Sequence record: ON287370.1
Strand: one strand, 5' to 3'
DNA: 64,000 bases
Every line of letters starts with the position of its first letter. Within the stretch, counting starts at the first letter, position 1. Under the pieces are notes generated by a model. It was not told the origin of the DNA. It did not search any database and saw only the letters and a list, made by a program, of their open reading frames with translations. Below are positions 29,516 to 38,844 of the stretch, one piece after another. The position numbers were made by a program, and so were the translations under genes.

Positions 29516-29904
29516 TATTTACTCCAGCTAATTACATAACAGACTTCTGAGTTAGGTTCGATGTTATCCTGAACAGCCCGCATTGCTTTCATGATGCGAT
29601 CATGCTTATCGGTTTCAATAAACAGATCTTCAAGATCCATTTTGCTGAATTTAGCAATGATCTCATCTACCAATGCCGGTGTGAGTACATAATAATCACA
29701 GTCGTCCCAATCAGCTTTAAAGATCCCACGAAGAACATCGTTATAATCAGTGGTGCGGGGTTCTGAAAATACCCCTCGAATGTCTTTGGATTCAAGATCA
29801 CAATAACCGATGCTTTTCTTTTCACCTACTAGTTCTTTAGGAACCAGGTCGATCTCTAAATAATGAGCCATGTTAGATATTCCTTTTAGATTTAGTGAGT
29901 TCAA
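29515..29904 (-). CDS. Hypothetical protein
   Basis: 129 aa (true start may be the internal Met of MAHYLE). Confidence 0.65.
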   Translation of the reverse strand: MNSLNLKGISNMAHYLEIDLVPKELVGEKKSIGYCDLESKDIRGVFSEPRTTDYNDVLRGIFKADWDDCDYYVLTPALVDEIIAKFSKMDLEDLFIETDKHDRIMKAMRAVQDNIEPNSEVCYVISWSK

Positions 29905-30262
29905 TTTCCACTTTCATGGTTGCGCCTTTATACTTGACGATAGCCTCTAACTTATTAAACCCAACATTGTGGGTTGTCCAGGTTAACTCCTTAGCTAAAG
30001 GTAAATACCAATTGAGTTGTTCTTCAATAAACTCAAGGCACTCGTCATATGTCCTAAGTTGCTTGATGGAACATACTGCATAAAGATGAACACCGATTGA
30101 GTTCAGTAACGCTTTAGGTGGAAGTTCCGTTTCCTTAAGAAGTTCTTTTGCTCGTAGAGCTTCTTCTTTACGTTCCTTCCTTTTGGTCAAAAGACCTTTG
30201 GTTACACACCCGCAACCAAAGCCGATTAAGAGTGATATCAATAAAGAAATAGTGATACTCAT
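29873..30262 (-). CDS. Membrane-anchored protein, paralogue family C
   Basis: N-terminal TM helix then small alpha/beta domain. Confidence 0.7.
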   Translation of the reverse strand: MSITISLLISLLIGFGCGCVTKGLLTKRKERKEEALRAKELLKETELPPKALLNSIGVHLYAVCSIKQLRTYDECLEFIEEQLNWYLPLAKELTWTTHNVGFNKLEAIVKYKGATMKVEIELTKSKRNI

Positions 30263-30264
30263 TT

Positions 30265-30636
30265 TTAATTACCTTCCGCTACCTTAACCAAGTTAAGTAA
30301 TTCTAAAGACTCATCGCAATGATCATGACCTGCAGAGATATGATCTACGACGTCGCGAGCTAACTTAGTGGGGACCACCATAAACCCTTCAGCAGGTTTA
30401 GCTGTTAATACCACACCGTTTTGTTCAGACCAATTACGAACGATCTCTAACTGCCGGTGACGTTCGCCAACAATAACTTCTTCTAAGAATTTATCATTGA
30501 AGGTTTCAGCTTTACTTGCTGTTGCTTTATTGATAATTTCCTGACCTTCATCTGCCGCTGGGTTAGCTGGGTGAAAGTCATAAGCTGCATCAACTAAACG
30601 TTGAAGTAATTCAAGTGAGATAGTTACGGTTTTCAT
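30265..30636 (-). CDS. Hypothetical protein
   Basis: 123 aa; N-terminus TVTISLELLQRL similar to next gene. Confidence 0.7.
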   Translation of the reverse strand: MKTVTISLELLQRLVDAAYDFHPANPAADEGQEIINKATASKAETFNDKFLEEVIVGERHRQLEIVRNWSEQNGVVLTAKPAEGFMVVPTKLARDVVDHISAGHDHCDESLELLNLVKVAEGN

Positions 30637-31043
30637 TCTGATTTTCCTAAATGGTAGGCAAAGTAAGATGCCATAAGTTTATAGTTGGAAAGGCGGACCA
30701 TTCCGGCCTTATAGTTGATTTCGAATTCACCATACTTAACTTTAGCGAAATCATCATTACCGTTGATATCATTCATACGGTAAAAACTAACACTGACTGA
30801 TTGGCCGGTTTCTTTATTTTCGAACACTCGGTTACACCCATTGCCCAAGCGATCCTTGATGCGGTACATCTCATGAACAAGATGACAGGCTTCTAGGATC
30901 TGCTCAAATGGAACTTCAGTTTCAGAGTTATCGATAACACGCAATAGGTCATAGCCATCACCAGCAATTGGATAACCATGTTCACTTGCAAGATCGGTAA
31001 GTGTGGTTAGTAACTCGCGGGATACTGAAACTTTATCGGTCAT
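30633..31043 (-). CDS. Hypothetical protein
   Basis: 136 aa; N-terminus KVSVSRELLTTL. Confidence 0.7.
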   Translation of the reverse strand: MTDKVSVSRELLTTLTDLASEHGYPIAGDGYDLLRVIDNSETEVPFEQILEACHLVHEMYRIKDRLGNGCNRVFENKETGQSVSVSFYRMNDINGNDDFAKVKYGEFEINYKAGMVRLSNYKLMASYFAYHLGKSE

Positions 31044-31723
31044 TTTGTTTCCTTAGGGTTTAAAGGTTGAACTGGGGTTAAGTACATGTGTTGAACATCA
31101 ACATCATGAATGAATCCCTTTGGAGGTTTGGCGTGATGCACAACGGAATAAAGATCAAATGGGTTACCTTCCACTCTACCCTCGATAACATCTTTCAAGA
31201 TCTTGTTAACTTCGTCAACACTTTCTTGAGAAGGAGGCATCCAACTTTTAACTTCAGTTACTGATAGGTTGCCGTTGAATCGTTTCTCTATTAGATTTTG
31301 TAAATCAGGTACTGACAAACGAACATCAACCTCACGAGCCAGATCTGTCCCTTCTTTGAGGAATTTGAATGTTGCGTTTTCGGTAATCAACTCATCACCT
31401 GGTTGAGTAGGGATTCCAGTACCAACTAAACGAGCCATTGATTTGGCAACGCCCTCTACCCCTCCGTGAAGTTCAAGGAATTCCTTAGTGTTGTTTTCAC
31501 GAACGATATCCAGTAAACTTACTGTGCAACGTTCCTTACCTTTATACGGGTAAGGGCGTGTATATTCATAACCTTTGATCTGAAGGAACTTCTTAAGTTG
31601 CCGGAAGTTACGTTTAGCCAGTTTAGTCTTTGAGATAGCTTGTGCCCATTTGAGCATATCGTTAGCCATATCGTAACGAACCAGCGATTGGGACATTAAA
31701 CTTAAATAAGATAAAGTATTCAT
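31040..31723 (-). CDS. Hypothetical protein
   Basis: 227 aa. Confidence 0.7.
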   Translation of the reverse strand: MNTLSYLSLMSQSLVRYDMANDMLKWAQAISKTKLAKRNFRQLKKFLQIKGYEYTRPYPYKGKERCTVSLLDIVRENNTKEFLELHGGVEGVAKSMARLVGTGIPTQPGDELITENATFKFLKEGTDLAREVDVRLSVPDLQNLIEKRFNGNLSVTEVKSWMPPSQESVDEVNKILKDVIEGRVEGNPFDLYSVVHHAKPPKGFIHDVDVQHMYLTPVQPLNPKETK

Positions 31724-31725
31724 AA

Positions 31726-32103
31726 TTATAAATAGTCCATCAGAATGTTTAATTGTCCATTATCGTCAGACAGCAAATCGATATAACGTGTGGTTGATCT
31801 TTCAATATGGTTTTCGAGTTTGAAATCTTCCCCGTCATATGTGATGGTGGTAGCCAGCATCGGAACTATTGAGTTAATGTTCTCATAAATTCTGATAAAT
31901 CGACCTGTGATATTATCACCGCAAAGAGCATAGCGAGTATCTGAGATGATCATCTCTTTGCCATTAATATCTAATTCAGAAGAGAACGAATAACGAACAG
32001 AGTGCAACATTTCTTTAAAACGCTGGTCGTATCCTTTCTCTTTGATTTCTGAGATGGCTGCTTTAATTGCACTCTTAATACTTTCGATAGTTTCTGGTTT
32101 CAT
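31726..32103 (-). CDS. Hypothetical protein
   Basis: 125 aa, AGGAG RBS. Confidence 0.7.
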   Translation of the reverse strand: MKPETIESIKSAIKAAISEIKEKGYDQRFKEMLHSVRYSFSSELDINGKEMIISDTRYALCGDNITGRFIRIYENINSIVPMLATTITYDGEDFKLENHIERSTTRYIDLLSDDNGQLNILMDYL

Positions 32104-32169
32104 TTCTAAACTCCTTAATTAAACATAGGTTTATCACCCCAGTTACCCTTTACGGATAACCAGAGTAGT

Positions 32170-32583
32170 TTATTGATTGGTAATTAACTGGATAGCTTCT
32201 TGTAGGTGTTCTTTCTTCAATACTTCTTCGAAGAAGATTTTCTCTTGTTTAACTTTATGCTTGGCATCACAACTATGGATGTTCAGTCTGCACTTACCGC
32301 CTATAATGTCTCTGCCGATATAGATACGACCCATGTATCGGGAATGACGAGTTTGTTTGATAGGGTAAACGTCAAAGTAGTAGGAAGCAATTAGCCAACC
32401 ACCACTCCACTTAAAGCTACCGATATCAAATTCCATTCTACCGTACTTAGGCTCACTTGTACTTGACAGTTCTACTAGCTTATTATAAAAAGCTTCAAAC
32501 TGTTCGTTATACTTATCGTACTCTTTAGACAACCATTCATCTTGACAAATAGGTTTGAATAAAGACTTTAACCAGTTGATCAT
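32170..32583 (-). CDS. Hypothetical protein
   Basis: 137 aa. Confidence 0.7.
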   Translation of the reverse strand: MINWLKSLFKPICQDEWLSKEYDKYNEQFEAFYNKLVELSSTSEPKYGRMEFDIGSFKWSGGWLIASYYFDVYPIKQTRHSRYMGRIYIGRDIIGGKCRLNIHSCDAKHKVKQEKIFFEEVLKKEHLQEAIQLITNQ

Positions 32584-32608
32584 TGTTTCTTTTCCTATAA
32601 GTTAATTT

Positions 32609-32761
32609 GATTTTCTCAAAAGGGTTTTCTCTTCGCTCTAATACTTACTCTATATATACTTAATATATAATAAGTATAATTACCTTAAAAGGTAAGAGAA
32701 GAAGAAATTGGAAAAAACCCCTATAATCCCCATTAAAAAATCAAAAGTAGAAGAGAAAATC
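32609..32761. repeat. AT-rich nested inverted-repeat intergenic element
   Basis: TTTTCTCTTC(32625)/GAAGAGAAAA(32750), ATACTTA/TAAGTAT, TTACCTT/AAGGTAA, TATATA core. Confidence 0.55.
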
Positions 32762-32875
32762 ATGTACCCAACTCCGACCCGTAATGGGGGAATTAGGAAG
32801 AAGTGAGTAACATGACTACATACAATAGAAATCTATTACTTTTTCAAATAAGAGATTCCCATTGCATGTGTCGTT

Positions 32876-33265
32876 TTAGATATTTTTAGCAGCAGATCTG
32901 TAAGGCATTTCTACGATAGTAGCCAGTAAAGTATAGGTTGCCCTAATACCATCGCTCTCAATAACGATGCTGACTTGCTTACGTTCAAAGTCCTTCTCTA
33001 GATCTACTCTAACTCCAGGTATTAAATTGCTTACTTTCTCAACTATCCTTAAAAGATCAGCAAAGTGAATGGCTCGGTTATTTTTAAGCTTTCTTGTGAT
33101 CTCTACATCGACCGCATGGAAAGCAGATTGGACGTTCTTAGAAGCAGCCTTGATATCTTCAGCTTCACGCAGAAGAATAGACCCCAACCAAATCGCACCA
33201 ATCAACAGCAGAAAAACCAACACCAGTATTATACCACCTAAGATTTTGATATCATAATCAGCCAT
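32876..33265 (-). CDS. Membrane-anchored protein, paralogue family C
   Basis: N-terminal TM, 129 aa. Confidence 0.7.
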   Translation of the reverse strand: MADYDIKILGGIILVLVFLLLIGAIWLGSILLREAEDIKAASKNVQSAFHAVDVEITRKLKNNRAIHFADLLRIVEKVSNLIPGVRVDLEKDFERKQVSIVIESDGIRATYTLLATIVEMPYRSAAKNI

Positions 33266-33341
33266 ATCAAGTACTCCATTAACAAAAATAAATAAGTGGC
33301 ATCAAAACGGGGCGATGGTTTTACCCACCACCCCGAAGAGA

Positions 33342-34040
33342 TTACTTCAGGTTATATTCAATGTGATCCAGAATAGCCTGTTGTACATAAGCATTAACAG
33401 GTTCTTGCTGGATGTTCGCATTGAACTGACGCAAATTCCCAAAATGAATTGGGAACAGATTAGCCAGGAAACTTTCTTCCTGGTTTTTGGCTGGGGTCAG
33501 ACTTGGAGAACTAGCACTAACCGAAACGATCAATTTATTAAAGATTGAACGTTTGATATCCAGGTGGATACTAATCAGTTCACTCAGCGGAGCAGGAAGT
33601 TTAATATCAACTTCTTTGCTGCGTCCCATCAAACGATCCATAAAGCCGATGTTCAGGATGTATGGACGAATATCGATTTGCTTAACAGCATTGATAGCAG
33701 CATTATCGAAACGGGATTTTGCTTCACGCAGGTTGGAATGATACCATACTTCCAGTGCATTCAAAGTACGACGGTTAAACAGATTGGTCGTGCTGCCCAG
33801 CTTGATTTCAAAGAACGGACTACCACCGGAACCGGTAGATACCGACAGGTGCCAATGACCTTTATCATCTTTGGTCAACAGCATGATAACACCCAGGTTA
33901 TCCCAGATGGTGATCAGGTTACGTTCGGTGACTTCCAGGATGGTTTTGTAACGAGCGTTGATGACGTCAGCATTCAGGGCGATGAATGACAACAGTACAC
34001 GAACGACAACAGCACGGAGATTCAGAACAGAAAGGATCAT
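33342..34040 (-). CDS. Hypothetical protein
   Basis: 232 aa. Confidence 0.7.
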   Translation of the reverse strand: MILSVLNLRAVVVRVLLSFIALNADVINARYKTILEVTERNLITIWDNLGVIMLLTKDDKGHWHLSVSTGSGGSPFFEIKLGSTTNLFNRRTLNALEVWYHSNLREAKSRFDNAAINAVKQIDIRPYILNIGFMDRLMGRSKEVDIKLPAPLSELISIHLDIKRSIFNKLIVSVSASSPSLTPAKNQEESFLANLFPIHFGNLRQFNANIQQEPVNAYVQQAILDHIEYNLK

Positions 34041-34132
34041 TTTAAAGATTTCCTAAGTTAGGGGATTAACGGACAGTATTGTCCAACTACCAGATCACCG
34101 AAGTGATCATAATGAATTCAGAGAATCCTTAC

Positions 34133-34501
34133 TCATTTAATAAAGTAAGGTTTTCCGTCATGGGGTGGTTTAAGGTAACCATCAACAGTAACGAAGTATT
34201 TACCGATACTGAGACGACATTGGAATGTTTCTGCAACTACTTCTACTTTGAAGTCGACAGTCGGGCAATATTCCTTAACTGCCTTGCAGAATTTATCCAG
34301 GTACGCTTCAGTTATTTCGCCATCATCATGAATCAGTCGATTCAACATCATGACTAACATGATACGGGCATCACTCAACTGAGTGTACTTATGAGCAGAG
34401 CTAACTCTTTTCTTTAAAGTAACTGATCGATAGACGGAGATACTCAAAAGAATAAATACTGCGATAATGGCAGCATATGGTAACATCTCAATAAAACTCA
34501 T
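34133..34501 (-). CDS. Membrane-anchored protein, paralogue family C
   Basis: N-terminal TM, 122 aa. Confidence 0.7.
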   Translation of the reverse strand: MSFIEMLPYAAIIAVFILLSISVYRSVTLKKRVSSAHKYTQLSDARIMLVMMLNRLIHDDGEITEAYLDKFCKAVKEYCPTVDFKVEVVAETFQCRLSIGKYFVTVDGYLKPPHDGKPYFIK

Positions 34502-34510
34502 TCTAAACTC

Positions 34511-35143
34511 CTAGTTGAGTACAGGGATGATCTGTTCTACTGTTTTAGAGTAGTCAGACTTAAGATGGGTACGAATCATAACGTAGTCATAGGAGATTTT
34601 AAAATCCACATAGATAACGTTTTGATTTCTATCAGTGAGAGTTTGTAAAATAACCCTCAAATCATCCCGATTTAAACTAGATCCTTTATCGATCTGTGTG
34701 TTGCTGACAGCAAGCACTAAATCTTCTTGTGCAGCACCCAGCAAGATGTGGGTTTCATTACGCCACAAACTTTTACGAGAACGAGTCAGTTCAGTTCTCA
34801 AATCACTACGATAAGCAGGGATGTAATAATAACATGCTTTAACATCCCCGAATGACATAATGATTTCTAAGAATCCTGAACGATCAGCTATTTCGAAATT
34901 AACACCAATGGAACAATCAAGTAAGTTAACATCAGCAATAGCTTTTTCAGCAATCGCCAGATATGTTTTATACTTACCAGTATCACGTTGCAATTTAGCT
35001 AATTGTACAAAGTTATAATCTAATCTCTCTTTAACTTTATTCAGTTTATTAATTGCTTTTTTCTTATCTTGACTTTCCCCATAAAGATACAAACAACCAA
35101 GAAGAAAGAAGATGAAGAGAACTACACTGTAAAAGATATTCAT
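34511..35143 (-). CDS. Membrane-anchored protein, probable family C with extra domain
   Basis: N-terminal TM, 210 aa. Confidence 0.7.
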   Translation of the reverse strand: MNIFYSVVLFIFFLLGCLYLYGESQDKKKAINKLNKVKERLDYNFVQLAKLQRDTGKYKTYLAIAEKAIADVNLLDCSIGVNFEIADRSGFLEIIMSFGDVKACYYYIPAYRSDLRTELTRSRKSLWRNETHILLGAAQEDLVLAVSNTQIDKGSSLNRDDLRVILQTLTDRNQNVIYVDFKISYDYVMIRTHLKSDYSKTVEQIIPVLN

Positions 35144-35250
35144 AACTAACCCTGTAGGATGATTACTACGTAATCGTTAATTTATATAATTTATCCTTCC
35201 GGATAGACCCCTACCCCTACAAATATATAAGAGAGATAGTAGAAAATAAA

Positions 35251-35667
35251 TTAAAGAACACGTAAGAAATTAGAAATCCATTCTTCTAGTTCACTTGGAA
35301 CTACTACTTTCAGAATGGCTGCATAAGAGCCCTCATAAGCTTCGATATGAGCATGACCATCAGAGTCAACCCATACTTCTAAAAGCTTATAGTCAGGACT
35401 ACGAGAATCGATAAAGGTGGCTTTGACACAAATATGTCGGTCCATCCCTTTAGGACTCCACTTACAATCTACAAACCCTGGCTTATCACCATGGTCGACA
35501 CGCATGTTCACTTGGAACAGATCGTGAGTAATTTCTTTCAAAGCCAAAGCAACAGCATCGCCCTGAGGAATCCCTGTTGAAACACACTTACCGATAGTTC
35601 TTTTACGGCGACATACATTCTCGCAGATATCTTTCAGGCGAGACTTAGAGATCATTGTTAATTGCAT
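35251..35667 (-). CDS. Hypothetical protein
   Basis: 138 aa from internal ATG (avoids large overlap). Confidence 0.6.
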   Translation of the reverse strand: MQLTMISKSRLKDICENVCRRKRTIGKCVSTGIPQGDAVALALKEITHDLFQVNMRVDHGDKPGFVDCKWSPKGMDRHICVKATFIDSRSPDYKLLEVWVDSDGHAHIEAYEGSYAAILKVVVPSELEEWISNFLRVL

Positions 35668-36010
35668 TTTCAATACCTGCCACTTGTAGCATACGAATAA
35701 CAATACCTTTTGTATTACCGCGAATAACACGAGAATAGAAAGGCATAACGAATTCAATTTCACTTTGAATACCTGTCGGGAAGAAACGAAATATTTCTTC
35801 TGGAGGATATTCGCCAGCTAGATCTTCTTTGTAAAGCACTGCGGTGGCGTAGTTGTTATCATCTTTACCTGAGTGATAACAAATCAGGGTATATTCACCA
35901 AACCTAACCTGAGCCAATTGGTCGCCATATTTACAACCATTCAGTTCACGGGAGTTATAAGAGATAAGAACCCCTTCAACCACTTTAGCTATTTTCTCAA
36001 CATTAGTCAT
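35645..36010 (-). CDS. Hypothetical protein
   Basis: 121 aa from MTNVEK with AGGA RBS. Confidence 0.65.
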   Translation of the reverse strand: MTNVEKIAKVVEGVLISYNSRELNGCKYGDQLAQVRFGEYTLICYHSGKDDNNYATAVLYKEDLAGEYPPEEIFRFFPTGIQSEIEFVMPFYSRVIRGNTKGIVIRMLQVAGIENAINNDL

Positions 36011-36021
36011 GATCTTAGTCC

Positions 36022-36417
36022 TTAGTAAGTTGGGAACCAGCCTGGAGCGATCATATCCAAGCACTGCTCAATGGTATCATAATCGGGTACCCCAGAAAAC
36101 TTAGCCAGTGTTCCTTTACCAAACAGATAAGGAATGATGATTACATCAGTACCGATCAACCAAGGATAACGAATCTCGATTCCACCCAGTAGCTTACCAG
36201 TAAAGCCAAACAAACCTTTCTTATAAACATCTAAGCGTACTGGACCCTCACGATTAACTAAAATAACTCGATGTTTATGAAGGTCAATACAGTAGTTATC
36301 AAGGGACCCCAAAGGACTTTTAGATAAACCAACATCTACCAGATGTTTAGTGAGATCCATTAAGTTATTGTAACACTTGTTGCGGATCTTCATGATTTGG
36401 TTTTCGGTACGGAACAT
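36022..36417 (-). CDS. Hypothetical protein
   Basis: 131 aa, GAGG RBS. Confidence 0.7.
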   Translation of the reverse strand: MFRTENQIMKIRNKCYNNLMDLTKHLVDVGLSKSPLGSLDNYCIDLHKHRVILVNREGPVRLDVYKKGLFGFTGKLLGGIEIRYPWLIGTDVIIIPYLFGKGTLAKFSGVPDYDTIEQCLDMIAPGWFPTY

Positions 36418-36435
36418 ATCTTAATACCTCACATA

Positions 36436-36467
36436 AACACTTCTAGAGCCGAAGCCCTAGAAGTGTT
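36436..36467 (-). terminator. Intrinsic terminator
   Basis: AACACTTCTAG/CTAGAAGTGTT stem, UUCG loop on minus strand. Confidence 0.75.
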
Positions 36468-36481
36468 GGATTATGGTGTAA

Positions 36482-36949
36482 TTATTTTTGAAGCAGGTTG
36501 TGAACTTCTTTGGAAATGAGTTTCAAACCGTCCAGGTGCTCAAGAACTTTCTTAACCAGGACTTCCAACTCTTCCTGAGTTGGAGATGTAGCCAGTTTAG
36601 ACAGAGACAGCTCGTTGCTGAACACAGTCTTAGTAGCTTCCAGGATAATGTCAATATCGAGGTCGAGTACTTCTTCATACTTCAACACTTCGTTATAGAC
36701 ATTCAGATAGTCCAGGTGAATCATCTCACGACGACTGATAGACTGTTCGTTCATTTTCACTTTCTTAGGTGACTTCACTGGTTTACGAGCCATAGGATAT
36801 TCCTTCTGTTTGGTTAAGTCGCAATCACTATGATCGCGATTCATGTTGTTGTTTAATTTTTTCTCATGGCGATTCCAAAGGAACCTAACCACAAGAGCGA
36901 TAGTTGGACCGATTAAAAATATAACCAGGATGGTAGTGTATATATTCAT
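36482..36949 (-). CDS. Membrane-anchored hypothetical protein (possible internal start at 36793)
   Basis: 155 aa, N-terminal TM. Confidence 0.65.
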   Translation of the reverse strand: MNIYTTILVIFLIGPTIALVVRFLWNRHEKKLNNNMNRDHSDCDLTKQKEYPMARKPVKSPKKVKMNEQSISRREMIHLDYLNVYNEVLKYEEVLDLDIDIILEATKTVFSNELSLSKLATSPTQEELEVLVKKVLEHLDGLKLISKEVHNLLQK

Positions 36950-36965
36950 ACCTTACCTTTTTTCG

Positions 36966-37580
36966 TTAGATGAAGATGTCCCTGATATTAACACTCTTAC
37001 CATTGACATCATTCAGTACGGTGAGGGAACCATTAATCATCATCCCAGAATACTTGGTGTAATTAATGTCCTTTTTCTCTTTGACCAGGATTTCAAAAAC
37101 ACAGTCAAAGGTCATGGTGGTTTTATGACGGCGAGTAATGTCATACCCAATTGCAACGTCATATTCATTATTGGTGATCATGGTGTGGCTTGCAAAATAG
37201 CTTTGCAGATGCTGATGGGCTTTCAAGTTTATCTGACATTCAATAAACTTACCCACCACATCATTACGATTTAAATAATCCCCAGTTGCCATCAAACCAA
37301 AATCATGCGGTCTGATTAATTTGGCAAGAGATTCACAGATTCCTTGTTTAGCCCTGGTGAACATGGTACGACCAAGGCGCAAGGTACAGAAAGTGATATA
37401 ACGATCAGTACCATTGATAATGAATTCAAATGCATAAACTTCAGACTCCCAGATATGACCTTCATGAAGTGCATCTGGTTTTACTTGCTCAACAGTTACC
37501 TGATTAACGTGAAAACGCTCAGATAAAGAACTGCTGATGATTTTACGCATGCGGTTAATTTCGATTTCTGGAATGTGCAT
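36966..37580 (-). CDS. Hypothetical protein, first gene of the leftward early arm
   Basis: 204 aa, GAGGA RBS. Confidence 0.7.
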   Translation of the reverse strand: MHIPEIEINRMRKIISSSLSERFHVNQVTVEQVKPDALHEGHIWESEVYAFEFIINGTDRYITFCTLRLGRTMFTRAKQGICESLAKLIRPHDFGLMATGDYLNRNDVVGKFIECQINLKAHQHLQSYFASHTMITNNEYDVAIGYDITRRHKTTMTFDCVFEILVKEKKDINYTKYSGMMINGSLTVLNDVNGKSVNIRDIFI

Positions 37581-37634
37581 AATAAGTTCCTCTATACTCT
37601 AATGAAAATTAATATCAATGTATATTCCCTTTGA

Positions 37635-37650
37635 TAATATCTATTTAATT
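37635..37650 (-). promoter_or_regulatory. Early promoter
   Basis: Minus strand AATTAAATAGATATTA. Confidence 0.5.
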
Positions 37651-37679
37651 AATAATGGAACTTATTTATATTATGTAAC

Positions 37680-38380
37680 AAAAAGTGAACTTCTTCCACT
37701 TCACTTCTTGTCGTTCAAGTTGCATTGCTCATACACATTTAACTGTGAATATTTACACAGGCCAGAGATATTATGTCACGATTAATATTTCTGATTCTTT
37801 AAGCGGTCTTGACCGGAATAAGTACTCTTAAAGAATCACGTACTGCCATCGTGCTTTCACTACGATTACCCCCGCCTGGGTTTTTGTAGCCATTGTTCAT
37901 GCCCTTAGCCAAAGGTGGGAAGTCTGCCCTTCCCCCTTTCTTTATAGCCTATTCAATTAGAAAGAGTAGATATAAAGAAGGGATCGTGCTCCGCGGCTTT
38001 GATATCTTCACAATAGGTAAGAAGGTGAGTGCATACTCCTTTTCCTGGTATGCATTTGCTTTCCCTAAGAGTATTAGAAATAGTATTCCTAGGGAAGGCA
38101 AGGAAGTCTTCAGTGAGGTTGGTAAGGGTCGAAAGACCCTACTTCCATATGTTTGTTTTCTGAAATATGGATATGGAAGTTATAGCTGCCTAAACTTCAA
38201 GCGTATGTGTTTAAGCTTATATTGAGCAGCCAGAGGAATGAATCTCTGGCACTTTTAATGTGATCTAACAAGTACACATTAAAAGCGTAACCGCCAGCTG
38301 GTTGCTGCTTACCTCAATGGTTAATGTGTTCCATTGAGGATTCCCTTGCCCCATATCCTAGTGTTTGATATGGGGCCTTT
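37680..38380. repeat. Non-coding array of about 12 hairpins at the strand switch
   Basis: GATTCTTTAAG/CTTAAAGAATC, CTTTTAATGTG/CACATTAAAAG, CCTCAATGG/CCATTGAGG, CCCCATATC/GATATGGGG, CTTCCATAT/ATATGGAAG, AGGGTC-GAAA-GACCCT. Confidence 0.65.
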
Positions 38381-38399
38381 TTCTCCCTAAGGAATTGTC

Positions 38400-38645
38400 A
38401 TGCAAGAAACTAAGTTGCTTACTTTCTCAGAAGTTCTTGAAGGACTTAAAGAAGGGAAAAGATACCAGCGTAAAGGTTGGAACGGTAAAGGTCTATGTGT
38501 AACTATTCATAATGTTCCTGGGATTCAACCATTCTTCTTAATAATCGATGCGGCAAAACTTATATCCAATACCTGGGTTCCTTCAATCTCTGATCTGTTG
38601 GCAGAAGACTGGTTGGAATGGGGTGGTTTGTTTGCTGAGCTTTAA
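38400..38645 (+). CDS. tad2: Tad2-like (DUF2829) anti-Thoeris/anti-CBASS sponge
   Basis: TFSEVLEGLKEGKRYQRKGWNGKG ... WVPSISDLLAEDW, typical DUF2829 termini, 81 aa. Confidence 0.8.
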   Translation: MQETKLLTFSEVLEGLKEGKRYQRKGWNGKGLCVTIHNVPGIQPFFLIIDAAKLISNTWVPSISDLLAEDWLEWGGLFAEL

Positions 38646-38844
38646 AACATGGTGGTCTGCTAAGAACAAGTCTAAGCTATGGACCAATGCGGTATTGAGA
38701 AAGGTCAAGTTCCTGATGAATCATTTAGATGAAAAGGAAATCATCAAGATCTGGAACAATCATGGGGAAGAAGGAATTAACAAAACCATGATGAAATACA
38801 GACCAAGACCAAATACCATAGTCCCACCAAAAGTATTTAATTAA
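38623..38844 (+). CDS. Hypothetical protein
   Basis: In-frame GTG near tad2 end; start uncertain. Confidence 0.45.
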   Translation: MVCLLSFKTWWSAKNKSKLWTNAVLRKVKFLMNHLDEKEIIKIWNNHGEEGINKTMMKYRPRPNTIVPPKVFN

